NCBI RefSeq assembly: GCF_006345805.1
Contig: NC_043008.1
Location: 56,544,001 to 56,608,000, forward strand
Direction of reading: 5' to 3'
From: Octopus sinensis
Taxonomy: Eukaryota
DNA: 64,000 nucleotides
In this document: positions 50,040 to 64,000 of the stretch, in pieces
How positions within the stretch are numbered: the first letter of the stretch is position 1
Layout of the letters: every line of letters starts with the position of its first letter
The notes under the pieces: generated by a model
Database searches by the model: none
The model's input: the letters and a program-made list of their open reading frames with translations, nothing else
What the model was told of the DNA's origin: nothing
Program-made: the position numbers and the translations under genes

Positions 50040-52150
50040 TTGTTTGTTGCAATATACGTTTATATAGATATTTAGGAGAGTGTCCGTGAATATGTAGGTA
50101 TGGGTGTGTATGCATGTGTGCGTGTGTACAAGTGCAAGTGTAGATGCGGGAGTGTATGAGTGCTATGTAATTGAGTGTGATTATTTATGCACTTGTATAC
50201 ATGCATGTTTGAATGTGCGTGTGATTGCACCCGTCTGCGTGTACACACTCATATATACATTTATTAAATATTTGTTTACTTTTGTGAGAGAGAGTATTTT
50301 ATATATTTGTGTATGTGATGATATGTGTGAATGTATATATATATATTTTTTTTTTATATATATATATATATTTATGTTTGTATATGTATTTATTTAATAA
50401 TCTATTGGTGTGGGAATGTATATGGTGTATATATCGAGTTTTGTACGTATGTATTTGTATGTGTGAGTGTGTATATGGTTATGTTTGTGGGTGTGTGTAT
50501 ATATGTGTGTGTATTTGTGTGTATTGTGTATTTGGTAAGGGGGTTTTATCTTTATATTTGTATGTATGGATTTCGTTTATCATGATTGTTTTATTAAATA
50601 ATTTTTTAGTATATTTAGTCCCTATGTATTATAGCTTGGTATGTTGATCATGGTAGTTTTTTATTGGGTATTGTTTGTAGCCATTTATACGTATATTTAG
50701 ATGTTTAGGAGAGTGTCCGTGAATATGCATGTGAATGGGTGTGTGTGCATGTGCGCGTGTATAAGTGCATGTGTAGATGCGGGAGTGCATGATTGCTATG
50801 TAAAAGTGTGTGCTTGTGTAAGCACTTGTATACATGCATGATTGATGTGCGTGGGATTGCACCCATTTTTATGGATATATATATTTATTTATCTGTATGG
50901 GTGTGGGTGTGTATATTTTGGTGTATATATTGAGTTTGTACGTATGTATATGTAGGTGTGAGTGGAGTGGGTATATGTATATGTAGTGGGTGTGTGTTTT
51001 ACGTGTGTGTATTTGTGTGTGAATGTATAGATTAGGGGGATTGCTATATAGGTATGTTATAGTGTTTGGTAAAGGGAGGTTTTATCATTATATGTATATT
51101 TGAGTTTCGTTTATCATGGATGTTTTATTAAAGAATTTGTAGTAAATTCTGTATTTTACGTTGATTAAAATATTATTCCGTTCTATTCCATTCATAATTT
51201 TTAAATAACGTTCTTTCACCACGTGCAAAGAATTTTTATAATTCCATTCTATTCCATTTATAATTTTTAAATAACGTTCGTTCACCAAGCGCAAAGAATT
51301 TTTATAAATATGTTCGGTTTCTATGGTAACGTAATTTTGTAAACGTTATAATGGTTAGAGTTTAAATTCACTTCATAAATTAAAACTGACTAGAAGGTAT
51401 GTATTTTTTTCTCCTTATGTTAATATTGTTACTTATGTTAATCTGGTTACTTATGGAGTGTTCTATATATCGTGTTATGTGTAGAAATGTTGTTTTTCTT
51501 TTGAGTGTTTATGTATGTGTGAATGTGTGTGTGTATTTGTTTGCGTAATTTATTTATCTGTATGGGTGTGGGTGTGAATATATTGTTGTATATATCGAGT
51601 TTTGTACGTATGTATATGTATGTGTGAGTGGGTATATGTATATGTTGTGGGTGTGTGTTTTACGTGTGTGTCTTTGTGTATGAATGTATAGATTTATGGG
51701 GATGCTATATAGGTATTATTGTGTATGGTAAAGGGAGTTTTATCATTATATGTATATAAGGGATTCATTTATCATGGTTGGTTTATTAATGATTTTAGGA
51801 GTAAATTCTGTCTATTTACGTTGATTAAAATATTATTCCATAATGTGTGTGTGTGTGTGTGTTTGTTTGTGTAATTTATTTATCTGTATGGGTGTGGGTG
51901 TGAATATATTGGAGTATATATCGAGTTCTGTACGTATATATATGTATGTGTGAGAGGGTATATGTATATTGTTTATGAATGTGGGTTGTATGTGTGTGTG
52001 AGGGAGTATGAATAAGTAATGTGTTGAAGTATTTGGCTATTTTATTAATTTATCGTTGCCTAGATGTTTTTATGTGTATGTATAGAGTTATATATATAGG
52101 TGTGTGAGTTAGTGTATGTATTTAGATATGGTTATTTATACTTAGATATA
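50040..52150 (+). repeat. Diverged TG-rich tandem repeat (~0.63-0.66 kb period)
   Basis: TTTAGGAGAGTGTCCGTGAATATG at ~50070 and ~50704; TTTATCTGTATGGGTGTGGGTGTG at ~50888, ~51552 and ~51879. Strong G/T strand bias. Confidence 0.7.
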
Positions 52151-52425
52151 TGTGTATGAGCATGTGTGTATATATAGTTTATTTTTATTTTGTTTTTTGT
52201 TTTTTGTTTTTTGTTTTTTTGTTTTTTTGTACATCTTTAAATATGAGAACTTTAATAATAGGTATCTTTATATTCAATTATTTATAGGGTTTGTTTTAGA
52301 TTATATGTTGATTATATATAGATTATATATAGATTATATATAGATTATATATATTTATATTCTTTCATTGATAAATTTATATTATTTTAATTTTATATTT
52401 TAAAATATTGATATTTTTAGATCGG

Positions 52426-52479
52426 AAATCCACCTGACGAATGTCATTTGAAGACATGAAACAATTGTAGTGGCGATTT
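52426..52479 (+). ncRNA. Minimal type I hammerhead ribozyme
   Basis: AAAUCCAC-CUGACGA-AUGUC(AUUUGAA)GACAU-GAAA-CAAUUG-UA|GUGGCGAUUU. Canonical core, palindromic stem III. Predicted cleavage after A52469. Confidence 0.82.
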
Positions 52480-52559
52480 ATTTACTTTATATTAAAATTT
52501 TTTATGTATTGATTAAGTCTTTCCTTGTTTGATTTGCAAAATAGTGGTTTTGTCTCGAA

Positions 52560-52600
<41 letters not shown>

Positions 52601-52602
<2 letters not shown>

Positions 52603-52770
52603 TTGCTGTGTGGTAAGTAGCTTGCTTACCAACCACATGGTTCTGAGTTAAGTCCCACTCTATAGCACCTTGGGCAAGTGTCTTCTACTATAGCCTTGGG
52701 CGGACTAAAGCCTTGTGAGTGGATTTGGTAGACGGAAAATGAAAGAAGCCAGTCGTATATATCTATATGT
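52601..52770 (+). mobile_element. Family B SINE, 5' part
   Basis: GTTGCTGTGTGGTAAGTAGCTTGC...GTGGATTTGGTAGACGG. Confidence 0.8.
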
Positions 52771-54703
52771 GTGTGTGTGTGTGTATGTGTGTTTGTATAC
52801 ATAAAGATATATATACAGACCACAAGTCCAAGTTTATACCTGTAATTATTGGGACCCTGGGATATGTAACACTGGTTAAATATCAGTCTTGAGAAATTAT
52901 GCTTCTCAAAATCAGAAAGGATAAAGCCTACAGATCAAATCACTTAGATATTGCACTTATACATACAAACAAAAATATCTTGTGGTTGCTGTTGAAATTC
53001 CAGTGAAGGCGCTTTGGATCTAGGTTAGAAACCGACTCTTTCTTTATTGGCAAGAAATCTTGAAATAAAACTGAATAATGACATACATCCATGCGAGGAT
53101 TTTCTGAAATTTAAAGATATATACATTTTAAAATTTAAAGATATCTGTGTATACAATTCCCCCAAAATTGTTCTTACAAAATATTGGTTATGCCACGCAA
53201 TGAGATGGAGGTTGTGTCACCTGATTGCACAGATGTTCTAATACACATAAAGAAGCTTGCTGCTAAAATACTTGTTTAAGCTATTAAAAAAATTAAACAA
53301 GACTTATTATTGTCATATATTTGCCTGTTTATATTTTCGTTAAGTTCGGAAAGTACATCTAAGTTTCCAATATTCCTTCTAGAATTTTATTCAATTATTT
53401 TGTGACAGGTCTCACTTGGAATTATTATTTTGAAGCAAATATTTAGTTGGAAAATTAACAATAAATCAATGAAGATCTCATAATTTAAATCTTAAATAAC
53501 ATCCCTTTCGAAAAATAAACGTCAATATTTATTCACGAACGATATCACTAAGACAACAAGGAGAACATACGATTGGTTAAAACCTTACATCTCACAACAT
53601 GAGATGTATAATTAATGGATTTTCTTCAAGCTAGTTATATTTTGGCATTTAAAAATTTTTTCTGTAGAACGAAATAATATAACGATAAACTAATTTAATA
53701 ATTTGAATATACATTGTTTTCCGGCTATCAATATCTTTATTGGTAAACATTAGAACTTGAAATATAATTGTAAACAAAGATTATAATCTATAACTTATGA
53801 CATAATCTTGAAACAGGAATGATAATTAGTGGACAGGAAAAATCTAGTACAGAAAAATGAATTTTTCAACTAAATCCCGATTGAGATCTTCGATTATGTT
53901 CTAAGAAGTTTGCTTCCCAGCCACATGGTTCAGTCCCACTGCGTGGCATCTTGTCAAAGTGTCTTCTACTAAAGCCTGGTGCCAACCAAAGCCGTGAGAC
54001 AGAGTGGGTGTAACTGACAGAAAATGAAAGAAGCCCTTTATACGTATGTACATTTATATATATTTATATATACATACATACATGCGTACATACATGCATA
54101 CATACGTGTGTTTGTTTTTGTGTTTCTTCCACCCTACCGCTTGGTAACTAGTGTGGTCTTCTTCACGTGCCTGTATCTTAAAGAATCCTCTAAAATAAGT
54201 ACCAGGTGGAAAATAAATAATGGGAACAATTTGTTCAGTAAAACACTTCAGGGCGATGCCACCCCATACCGCAGTCCAATGATTGAAACAAGTAAAAGGC
54301 AAAACATACAATATTCCTCAATAAGATATACTGTGTCCTTTATTCATTTGTTCCAAGCATTAAGAGTGGCCTTGCTGGAGAACTACCACAAGGGTGTAAG
54401 GTGAATAAATAACCTAGCAATCAATACATATGTATATTTTTAAAAATATAAACCCGAAAGTGACACCGAAAGTAAAAGAGGAATCTCTAAGTGAAACCAA
54501 TAGTAAAAGTGGAAACCCAAGTAAAACCTGAAGTGAAGCCGAAAGTAAAAAGGGAAACCTCATGTGAAACCGAAAGTGAAACCGATATTAAAAAGGAAAC
54601 CCCAAGTTAAACCGAAAATGAATATTTCCACCAAACCTTTTTTCATCCATATTTTCATGAATATTTTATCAGACAACTTCATCAAACATTTTCATGAGAC
54701 TTG

Positions 54704-54746
<43 letters not shown>

Positions 54747-56457
54747 TATATATGTATATATATATATATGTATATATATATATGTATATGTATATATATG
54801 TATATATATATGTATATGTATATATATGTAGGTATATATATATTATATATATATATATATAATATATACGTATATGTATATATATATCTGTATATGTATA
54901 TGTATATATAATATGTATATGTATATATATATGTATATATATATATATTATATATATATATATTATATATATATATATGATATGCATAAATACAAAACCA
55001 CACTCATATATGCACAGGGTGTTTGGGTTAGAATTATATATTTTTGTGTATTTTTTCAGGAACAGCTTCATGTATCGCTGAACAGTCAACGGCGTTGGAG
55101 AGCATAAATACTAAAGTATAGATAAGAAAAATTTAGCTGACATGGAGGATTGAAAGCCATTTAAATATTCTTTTCTACTCTAACTCGAAATTTTTGGGGA
55201 AGGAGGCCAGTCGATTAGTTCTACTCTCGTACGCAGCTTGTACTTAATTTATAGACCTCGAAAGGATGAAAAGGAAAATCGATCTCGTCGAAATCTGATC
55301 CCAGAAAGTAATGACAGACGACATACCGATAAAAACCCATCTAAATATTGAAAAATATGATTCGGGCTGCGTATCAAAATGCCAACGTTATGACCGCTAT
55401 GTGAACATTGTTCTCACACCCAATTCAAATGGCTGTCTGGAAGGATAGGAGACTGTAGACAAACTGGAGGTGTCTGCTTGATGGCCAGTTGTTGTAGCAA
55501 AATTCGGCCCCTTGTCATATCCCAGTAATAGCCAGAAGTGATTGTGGAAGTATTGCTGTCTTCTAATTGCTCATCGCAACCCATTGAAATCCCAGGCCGA
55601 GCTGTTCTTCCCAGGGTCACAGTTTACAAAGCATGCACCAGATTCTGGTGCTGTCTTGAGGCCGTGGTGGAAAATGAGGACGAATGCTTTGAGTGAAATA
55701 TCTCTCACAACTATAATCCAGTTGATATTTTTTAACTTTTTAAAATACGTTAATTTTGGACGGAATATTATTTATTTTTTTCATTTTTTCCAGACTGTCA
55801 AACTTCGAATGATGGGAGCAAGGCATATATATTGAAATTATAATTTTCCATTAGGTTGCCCTTTACCATTCATAAAAGTCACAAGCACAACTTTTAGTTA
55901 ATGTCTGTCAAAACACTGAAATTTATCGTTTATTTTTAAAATTCTATATACTGAATGTAAATTAATGTCACGTTGTTTAAGATTTTATCATCTATAATAA
56001 ATTCTCTGAATATCATTATTTACAATTTTTTAATAAATCATTATTTATCCCAAATCCTTACTAGAATCTACTGCATAAATGGCTGTTCTTTCTCCAAACC
56101 CGTTCTTAAATAATATAAATTTATACTGAATAAAATGTCTTTTCTTACTCGTATTCGACTACGTTAGCATATTTACCACGCTTACCATTGCTAGCTTGGA
56201 TATCTTTTTTTTATGTTTTACTTGCTTAGTCGTAGGACTGCGGCCATTCTGGGTCACCGTCTTGAAATCGACAAATGAACCCTAGTACTTAACTTTTTTC
56301 TCAGTCTGTTACTTATCCTATCTCTCTCTTTGCGTAAGCGCTCAGTTTAGGGGACATATACAAAGCAACACTGATTGTTAAGTGGTGATAAGATTAAACA
56401 CAAACCCAAACATAGACAGGAATATATACATACATACATATATACATGCATACATAC

Positions 56458-56505
<48 letters not shown>

Positions 56506-57156
56506 TAGATAGATAGATATCAAAATAAGCAACAAGGATATTCAGAGGTAATGCAGTGCGATCGTTTCATGCAACTCCTTTTAATTGAACAATGCAATCA
56601 TTACATCAATTTAAATGCAGAGCAATGTAGGCAGTCGGGCGCTTGAAAATGTTACACGTGTTTGTCTAGGATGTAATGGACGAATGACACATTAAATACC
56701 TCGCTATTGAAAATGCGCAGCATATATTGAAAATCTAATGTCCATTTTCAGATTTTAATTTATTTATTTACCGAATACTGTACGTAACTGATATTGCTAT
56801 CGATATTGTAATTATGAAGTATCTGTTGTCTTTCAACATTCGTTCCTAATTTTATAATGGAATGACTGAATATTTTAATTCATCAATCAATTTATTAATT
56901 CTCTCATAGAATAACTTAATAGTCAATCACATGCGGGAAGCAACCCAGCTTTTAACCCCTATCGACCTGATCCAAACCAATTGATGTATACATACTTACA
57001 CACAAACACACATACACACATCTATCTATATATATACATATCATAGATAGATAGACAGATAGATAACTGTATGTATATATATATATATATATACATATAC
57101 ATAGATATATATTATATATACATGTACATATATATATATTTATATATATACATAAC

Positions 57157-57202
<46 letters not shown>

Positions 57203-57923
57203 CGTGTGTGTGTGTGTTTAGATATCAACCTGTTGATGTGTGTACACACATAAGTATATGTATGGATACATGCATTCACTTTTAGGTTATATTTATTTAT
57301 TTCCATTAATCAAAATATCAAAATTTGAACATGTAATACATCTTTTCCCCATTACCATCCCAGCATTTATGTTTCCATTTTATCGTGTTGCATACTTTGA
57401 TATCCTCTTTACAGTTTATTCGTTAACATTTTATAAATCAAATTGCAAAAATGATATACTTGAATATTAGAAAAAAAAAAAAACCGAACATAATCGCACA
57501 GCTTGTATAATAGTGCCACATTAAACATTATATCAAATTAATATCCGCTCCTAAATAACTTTATGAACACATAAAAATCTGACAATACAGACGAGTATTA
57601 TGAATATCCATTTTATTACAATATCATTAAACATTTTTTTATTATTTCTGTTGACTTCCTTTAACATTTAATTATTAGTCAACGAAGCATTGTAATATGG
57701 TTCGTAAAATTGAAAGCTATTTTAAAAAGAAACTCTTATATTCGGAAATGACATAAAATGTTGAATTAACATGTAAATGAATATCTGACGATGAATCAAT
57801 TGAAGACACACGCCGAAATTAGAATTCATGTTTCAACTATTTAATTAATGCATGTATATATATATATAATATATATATATATTTGTGTGTGTGTTTGTGT
57901 GTGTGTGTTTGTGTGTGTGTGTT

Positions 57924-57960
<37 letters not shown>

Positions 57961-58029
57961 ATGTAAACATATATATATATGTATGTATATCTCTCTCAAT
58001 CTCTCTTTCTCTCTCTCTCTCTCTATCTA

Positions 58030-58620
58030 TCTGGTTCAAAGAAGATACGCATGGAGGCACAATCAAGCGTTCAAGGAAATCGCACCTGTGATAAGTACGG
58101 TAAAAGTGAAACCAGAAACATTCTGCAATGCGGGAGACAGCTATTCTTCTAAGGCTCCTTGGGGTAGATTACTCAAACACCTCCTCTATGGGGTACAATC
58201 AGAAGCAAGCGGCATTAGATTTTCTGACTGGATTCTCGACGAGTATGACCATATGAATCTGTGAATAGTAATGTCATACAGGGCACACAAATGGAGTCTA
58301 CTGGGGGGATTGCCTGTACAGATGACTGTAAGAGTTCAGAAGTCCTCCCAGGATCAACAAAAACTACGAGAATGTATTAGAAAAAGTCGTTTGAGGTCGG
58401 ATATCATACTCCATTCCAGTTCATCAAAGCAACTATTTTGGATTGAAAACATTCTGCCGTTTAAATACAGAGTAGAAAAAGCACATACGTTGAAAACCGG
58501 AAAATACTCCAGCCTGGCCAACAACCTGAGGGAAGACAACATCGGTCAAGTTTTTCACCATAAAGGTTGGCGTTAAAGTTTTGAGGGCAAATCTTCTTAT
58601 GGTCTAATGAAACAACTCTC
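58030..58620 (+). pseudogene. NeSL/R2-type RLE non-LTR retrotransposon endonuclease remnant
   Basis: QRRYAWRHNQAF.. (RYTWRHN motif) and ..SRLRSDIILHSSSSKQLFWIENILPFKYRVEKAHTLKTGKYSSLA (PD..E..K-Y RLE motif, decayed). Confidence 0.8.
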
Positions 58621-58750
58621 AGTCTCTGGAAAGAGGACCAAAGCCCGAGAGGCAATATCAGGAGTGGTGTTCCAGTTGGATCTAATCGAAGAGGAATGAG
58701 AACGACCTCCATACCGTTTGAAGGCAGTATTTTTGTATTTAACCCAAAAA

Positions 58751-60203
58751 GATGGGATGTTCATAATTGGAATGTGCTTGATTATAGGCCTTGATTATAG
58801 GCCTGTAATCAAATGCATATAATTACAAGTCCATAACCAAAATCATCATCGACAGCAATAAAAGTATCATTTTCTTATATGTAGACAATATCGCGCATGC
58901 ATAGCGAATAATATTCCGTTAAGTGAGTTTTTGTGACTGAGGTGACTTTCACCTCTTCCATGGCAACTAATGTTATATCTTCTTTGAACATAAGTTTGAA
59001 AGCTGAATCAGCGGAGAGAAGTTACAACCAGATGAAATCTTCAAGCGTATAAAATACCCTTATCCCCGATATCCAAGTGGCTAGATTGTGTCGGCAGAAA
59101 TGCACCCTAGAGCCACGACCCTGATGATGCCCGGATCCCTTAGATTTTAAGAATTAAAGAGCCGAAACGCTTGCCTGAGTGGGATTTCTTTTCTGAAGAC
59201 TTTCTGCCGTTCAGCTATCGTGAGAGTTTCTTACCATTATCTATCTGTATGCATACACTGGAACGACGAAATAGCTTTATCTGCTTCAAGCTTCTTAACC
59301 ACACAGTAGTACTAGCAGGAGTAAAATATTTAAAGAATATTTGTCTGCCATTTATACGTAGTGAATTACCAATTAGAGATTCTTTCATTAGCACTCAATA
59401 TGTTGTAGATTATTAGATAAAAAAACTATTCCAGGAAGTAATACTACAAGACGGATATAATTATTCTCTTAATGAGCAATGAATCCTTAACGTGGACATG
59501 ACGTTTAATTTAGCAAAATAACACAATTATTTAAATTACAGAATTTACTATAGCTTTGATGGTGTTTCATTACCATCGCTTAATTAGATTTTAGCTTTTA
59601 AATTTATACGATGGCTTTATTTTCTTTGGCTTTATTTTGTTATAATCTACTTTGCAATCAGTAATTAAGCCAAAAAAATCTTATTCTTAAAACAATCTGA
59701 GGTTAATTACCTCCCTTATTTGAAAATGACAAATAAAAACAAACTTCAAGCAGATTGTTGCTTCACTTTTCCTCGCTAGCTTTCCTAATATATCAAATCC
59801 GATCTTGTTACTCAAACTGTATTAAATTCAGAATATAATCTATGAAAGCTGCCTCCAAAATATATTAACGATTTTCCGTCTCCTATCTAAAGCCAATATT
59901 CTTCACTTCTCTGTCTCATACTTAGAAGAGAAGTCAAACATCTTACCTTTCCTTTTAATTGTCCTCAATCAGAGAAACACATATTTGAAAGTGTGATTCA
60001 CAAACCTGTTTTCTATTTTCATGAACCCTATTCATCTCTCTCCATTCGTTTATTTTATATTTTATCACATGTTCGCCATCATTATATTCTATAGATCTTA
60101 AAATACTTACACTTCCTTTCTTATTGGTAATTATTTGTCATACATCTTTAAAAAACATGCACGGTAATAACACTTCATACATACAGACATGCACATACAT
60201 AAA

Positions 60204-60259
<56 letters not shown>

Positions 60260-61046
60260 GTATTCTATGTAATATATTATAATATATATGTACGTATATA
60301 TGTATATATATATGTATATATATATATATGTATATATATATGGTGATGTATATATTATATATATATATGTACGTATATATGATTATATATGTATATATAT
60401 ATATATGTATATATATATATGTATGTATATATATATATGTATATATATTATATATATACATATGTATATAAACATACAAATGCAAGTTTGCATGATTGTA
60501 AGATTGTTTGTATGTATGTACAAATGTATGTATGCATGTATGTATGTATGTATGTATGTATGTATGTATGTATGTATGCATGCATGCATGCATGTATGTA
60601 TGTATGTATGCATGCATGTATATGTAAATGCGCACGCGCATGTGAAGTGTATGACCAAAATGTGATATTTTTAGTGATATGTAGGAATTGAGTGTCAGCA
60701 AAATTTAGATTTTCGTGACAACAGATTTTATTTTTAAATATGCATGCCTCGTAAAACACAATTAGAATTTCTATGCTGAAATATTTTGCTACACAATTGA
60801 TTATAAAACCCGTGTAAAAAAGCAACATTTTCTTGTTACTACATTTGATAATGTTGTTCTCTATATAATAGCCAGAAAAACAGATGGGATGTTCATAATT
60901 GGAATGTGCTTGATTATAGGCCTTGATTATAGGCCTGTAATCAAATGCATATTATTACAAGTCCATAACCATAACCATAATCGACAGCAATAAAAGTATC
61001 ATTTTTTTATATGTAGACAATATCGCGCATGCATTGCGAATAATAT
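58751..61046 (+). repeat. Pair of ~164-bp direct repeats (58751-58914 and 60883-61046)
   Basis: Both read GATGGGATGTTCATAATTGG...GATTATAGGCCTTGATTATAGGCC...CGCGCATGCAT.GCGAATAATAT with few differences. Confidence 0.85.
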
Positions 61047-61149
61047 GCCATTAGATAAAATCTGTCATTAGATAAAATCACATGATATACATCAAGTAAC
61101 ACGATACGTATTATTTATTAAATGTTGGTTTCTTTCTCTACGAAATGAC

Positions 61150-62450
61150 ATTTAAAAAAAAATTTTCATTGCGAATATATCTTAAATTCTTATGTAATAT
61201 TCTTCGATTCCTGCGTATGAGTAGGATATCGTGAGGTATGTGATGTATTCGTGCTTATTATGTATAATTTCTTGGAATTATCTTTCGCCTGGTCACCTCC
61301 CACAAAAATTCGAGCCTTGTGCCTAGAGTAGAAAAGAATATTTCTCTGACATTAGATAAAATCACATGATAAGGGGGGAAGTACTCCGTCGGTTACGACG
61401 ACGAGGGTTCCGGTTGATCCGAATCAACGGAACATCCTGCTCGTGAAATTAACGTGTAAGTGGCTGAGCACTCCACAGACACGTGTACCCTTAACGTAGT
61501 TCTCGGGGATATTCAGCGTGACACAGAGAGCGACAAGGCCGGCCCTTTGAAATACAGGTACAACAGAAACAGGAAGTAAGAGTGAGAGAAAGTTGTGGTG
61601 AAAGAGTACAGCAGGGATCACCACCATCCCCTGCCGGAGCTTCGTGGAGCTTTAGGTGTTTTCGCTCAATAAACACTCACAACGCCCGGTCTGGGAATCG
61701 AAACCGCGATCCTATGACCGCGTGTCCGCTGCCCTAACCACTGGGCCATTGCGCCTCCACAAAATCACATGATATACATCAAGTAACACGATTTGTATTA
61801 TTTGTTAAATGTTGGTTTCTTTCACTACGAAATTAAATTTCATAATTATGTTAAATATCTACCAAAAATTTAAATTAGTATATCATGCAAGTCATAACAT
61901 CTCTTTAAACTCAAGATATCTCCACAAGGAAAAGCGTATGAAACTGCTTTCCGCAGTTAAGTGTAATGCCACTTTGAACAGATATAACTGATTTCTGCAG
62001 TAAAAGAGTCAATGCTGATTTTAAAAGTATTTCAAAACGCTGCACTTGAAAACCCATTATAAATAAACAAGGAAAAAATATCAGAAATAAAAATTTTGAA
62101 GAAAATCTGAATCGTGATATATTGTCTCTCACTATGAAATATTAATTTTAGTTTTCTAGTACTAAACTCATGTAGTTCTTATAAAGACAACAGAAACAAC
62201 TAAATGCTGTTTAAAAATTTTTTGGTTTTGGCTTCGTATTCTATATTATTTTTACTTATTATTTAATGTTTATCCCGCATGGGAAGAAAGTGGTTGTCGA
62301 AAATTAAAAACCGAAAGATAATCCCAAGAAATTAAAAATAATAAGCACGAAGGCATCTCATATCTCACGATATCCTACTCATAAACGGCAATCGAAGAAT
62401 ATGGCATAAAAATTTGTTATATTCGCAATTGAAAATTAAAAAAAAAAATT
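61150..62450. mobile_element. Degenerate long-TIR non-autonomous DNA element
   Basis: ~61150-61287 is the reverse complement of ~62311-62450 (e.g. ATGAGTAGGATATCGTGAG / CTCACGATATCCTACTCAT). Confidence 0.65.
61372..61760 (-). mobile_element. Family C SINE (full length)
   Basis: Matches 20889-21273. 14-bp TSD AAAATCACATGATA at 61358-61371 and 61761-61774. Confidence 0.9.
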
Positions 62451-62918
62451 CTAGCATGATTCAAGAGATATATAAATCCACATACGCACACAAATGCGTA
62501 TTCATGTTTTATATATATATACATATGTATACTCATGTATACATAGATTCATACATAATACACGCATATATCTATACTCTCATATGCACACATATATGTA
62601 TACTCACACGCACACACAAACACAAACGCACACACATGCATTTGTATATATATTTGGTGACATCACCGTTCCGATATATTTATTTATACATATACATGCA
62701 AACACGCATGTTTATATGTGTGCATGGGTGTGTGTACACAAACATAAATACATGTCTGTATACATACATATACACATATACATATATATTCACATACACA
62801 CTTACGCACACATTCACAGAGCATTCTCTTCCATTCTTAGTACCAATTCCCATTCTACAAGCCAGTTGTTATCTTACAATTTTTTCTTATCCGGTTTCAT
62901 ATACATACATAAAATAAT

Positions 62919-63017
<99 letters not shown>

Positions 63018-63305
63018 GTATATATACATATTATATATATATATGTTATAATACATATATATATATGTATATATATATAATATATGTATATAGGAAACTT
63101 ACTTGGAAGAGGATGTGTGGCGTTTCATCATATAATAACAAAATAATAAATAAAACATATGCATATATATAGATGTATGTACGTACATATATGTATGTAT
63201 ATATGCATATGTTTTATTTATTATTTTGTTATATATGTATATTGATAGACAGATAGATTAGATAGATGGATGGATAGATAGAGATAGATAGAGAGACAGA
63301 TATAC

Positions 63306-63348
<43 letters not shown>

Positions 63349-64000
63349 AAGAAGGAGAGATAGATAGATAGATAGAAATACAAAATGCAGTGAACGAAAA
63401 GACAAAAATCATTTTCATTCGGTCGTTAACATGTGTGACAAAAAAACACTTTTTACGCCATTTATCGTTGTTTTTATTTTTATATGTATATCAAAGTTAT
63501 TCTCTTATTTATATTACCACAAAGTTTTAACATGATCGTCATCATCATCATCGTTATTATTGTTATTATTATTATATTATATTATTATTTATTATTATTA
63601 TTATTTTATTATTATTATTATTATTATCATTATTTTGTGCACGATATCGTTTTGTTGAATCTGACAATGATAGGAATTAATATCATCTTTATGGTTATTG
63701 CTATCGATTTGTTGTTGATATTAATGAGATATTTATATATTTAGAGTTGCTAATTCAGATGCTTTTAATGCCGAAGATGGTCGAAAATTTAGACAAAAAC
63801 AAGCAAACAAAAAACATCGCAAAAAAAAGAATACGTAAAAAAATAAAGGAAAAAAAAGGAAAATACAGGAAACAGAAAAAAAATTGTAATGTTCATAATG
63901 ATGAAGATATCGCTTGAAGGAAATGATGGAAAAAAAATAATATTAGTGATATAGATAATGATCGAGAGAGGATGACGAAGATGATGATGTTGACGATGAT

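Noticed and set aside
56550-56615. Minus-strand GAAACGATCGCA motif similar to the 34447 family
   Set aside because: The core CUGANGA and stem I are missing.

Overview
Eukaryotic, AT-rich and microsatellite-saturated DNA. The (TA)n, (CA)n, (GATA)n, (CATA)n and (ATT)n tracts plus the tRNA-derived SINE families point to an octopod cephalopod (inferred, not database-checked). There is no complete protein-coding gene, and almost every ORF in the supplied track is a microsatellite or SINE artefact. Recognisable mobile-element content: several SINE families (some with clear target-site duplications), mariner/Tc1 remnants, a Helitron helicase pseudogene split by a young RTE LINE, non-autonomous Helitrons, MITEs, R4/Dong- and NeSL/R2-type RLE retrotransposon remnants, a LINE ORF1 remnant and a Penelope GIY-YIG remnant. 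A few minus-strand candidate exons of an unidentified host gene may be present. The main signal not explained by the ORF track is a dense set of type I hammerhead ribozyme (HHR) motifs in several unrelated short non-coding families. The best case is a 2.1-kb array (39967-42100) built from a ~480-nt HHR-delimited monomer in inverted plus direct orientation, a retrozyme/Penelope-terminal-like architecture. A 600-bp spacerless palindrome with two outward-facing HHRs and recurrent non-canonical core variants (U4C, A6U, extra A after A9) also stand out. All RNA folds were read by eye; none were computed or tested.
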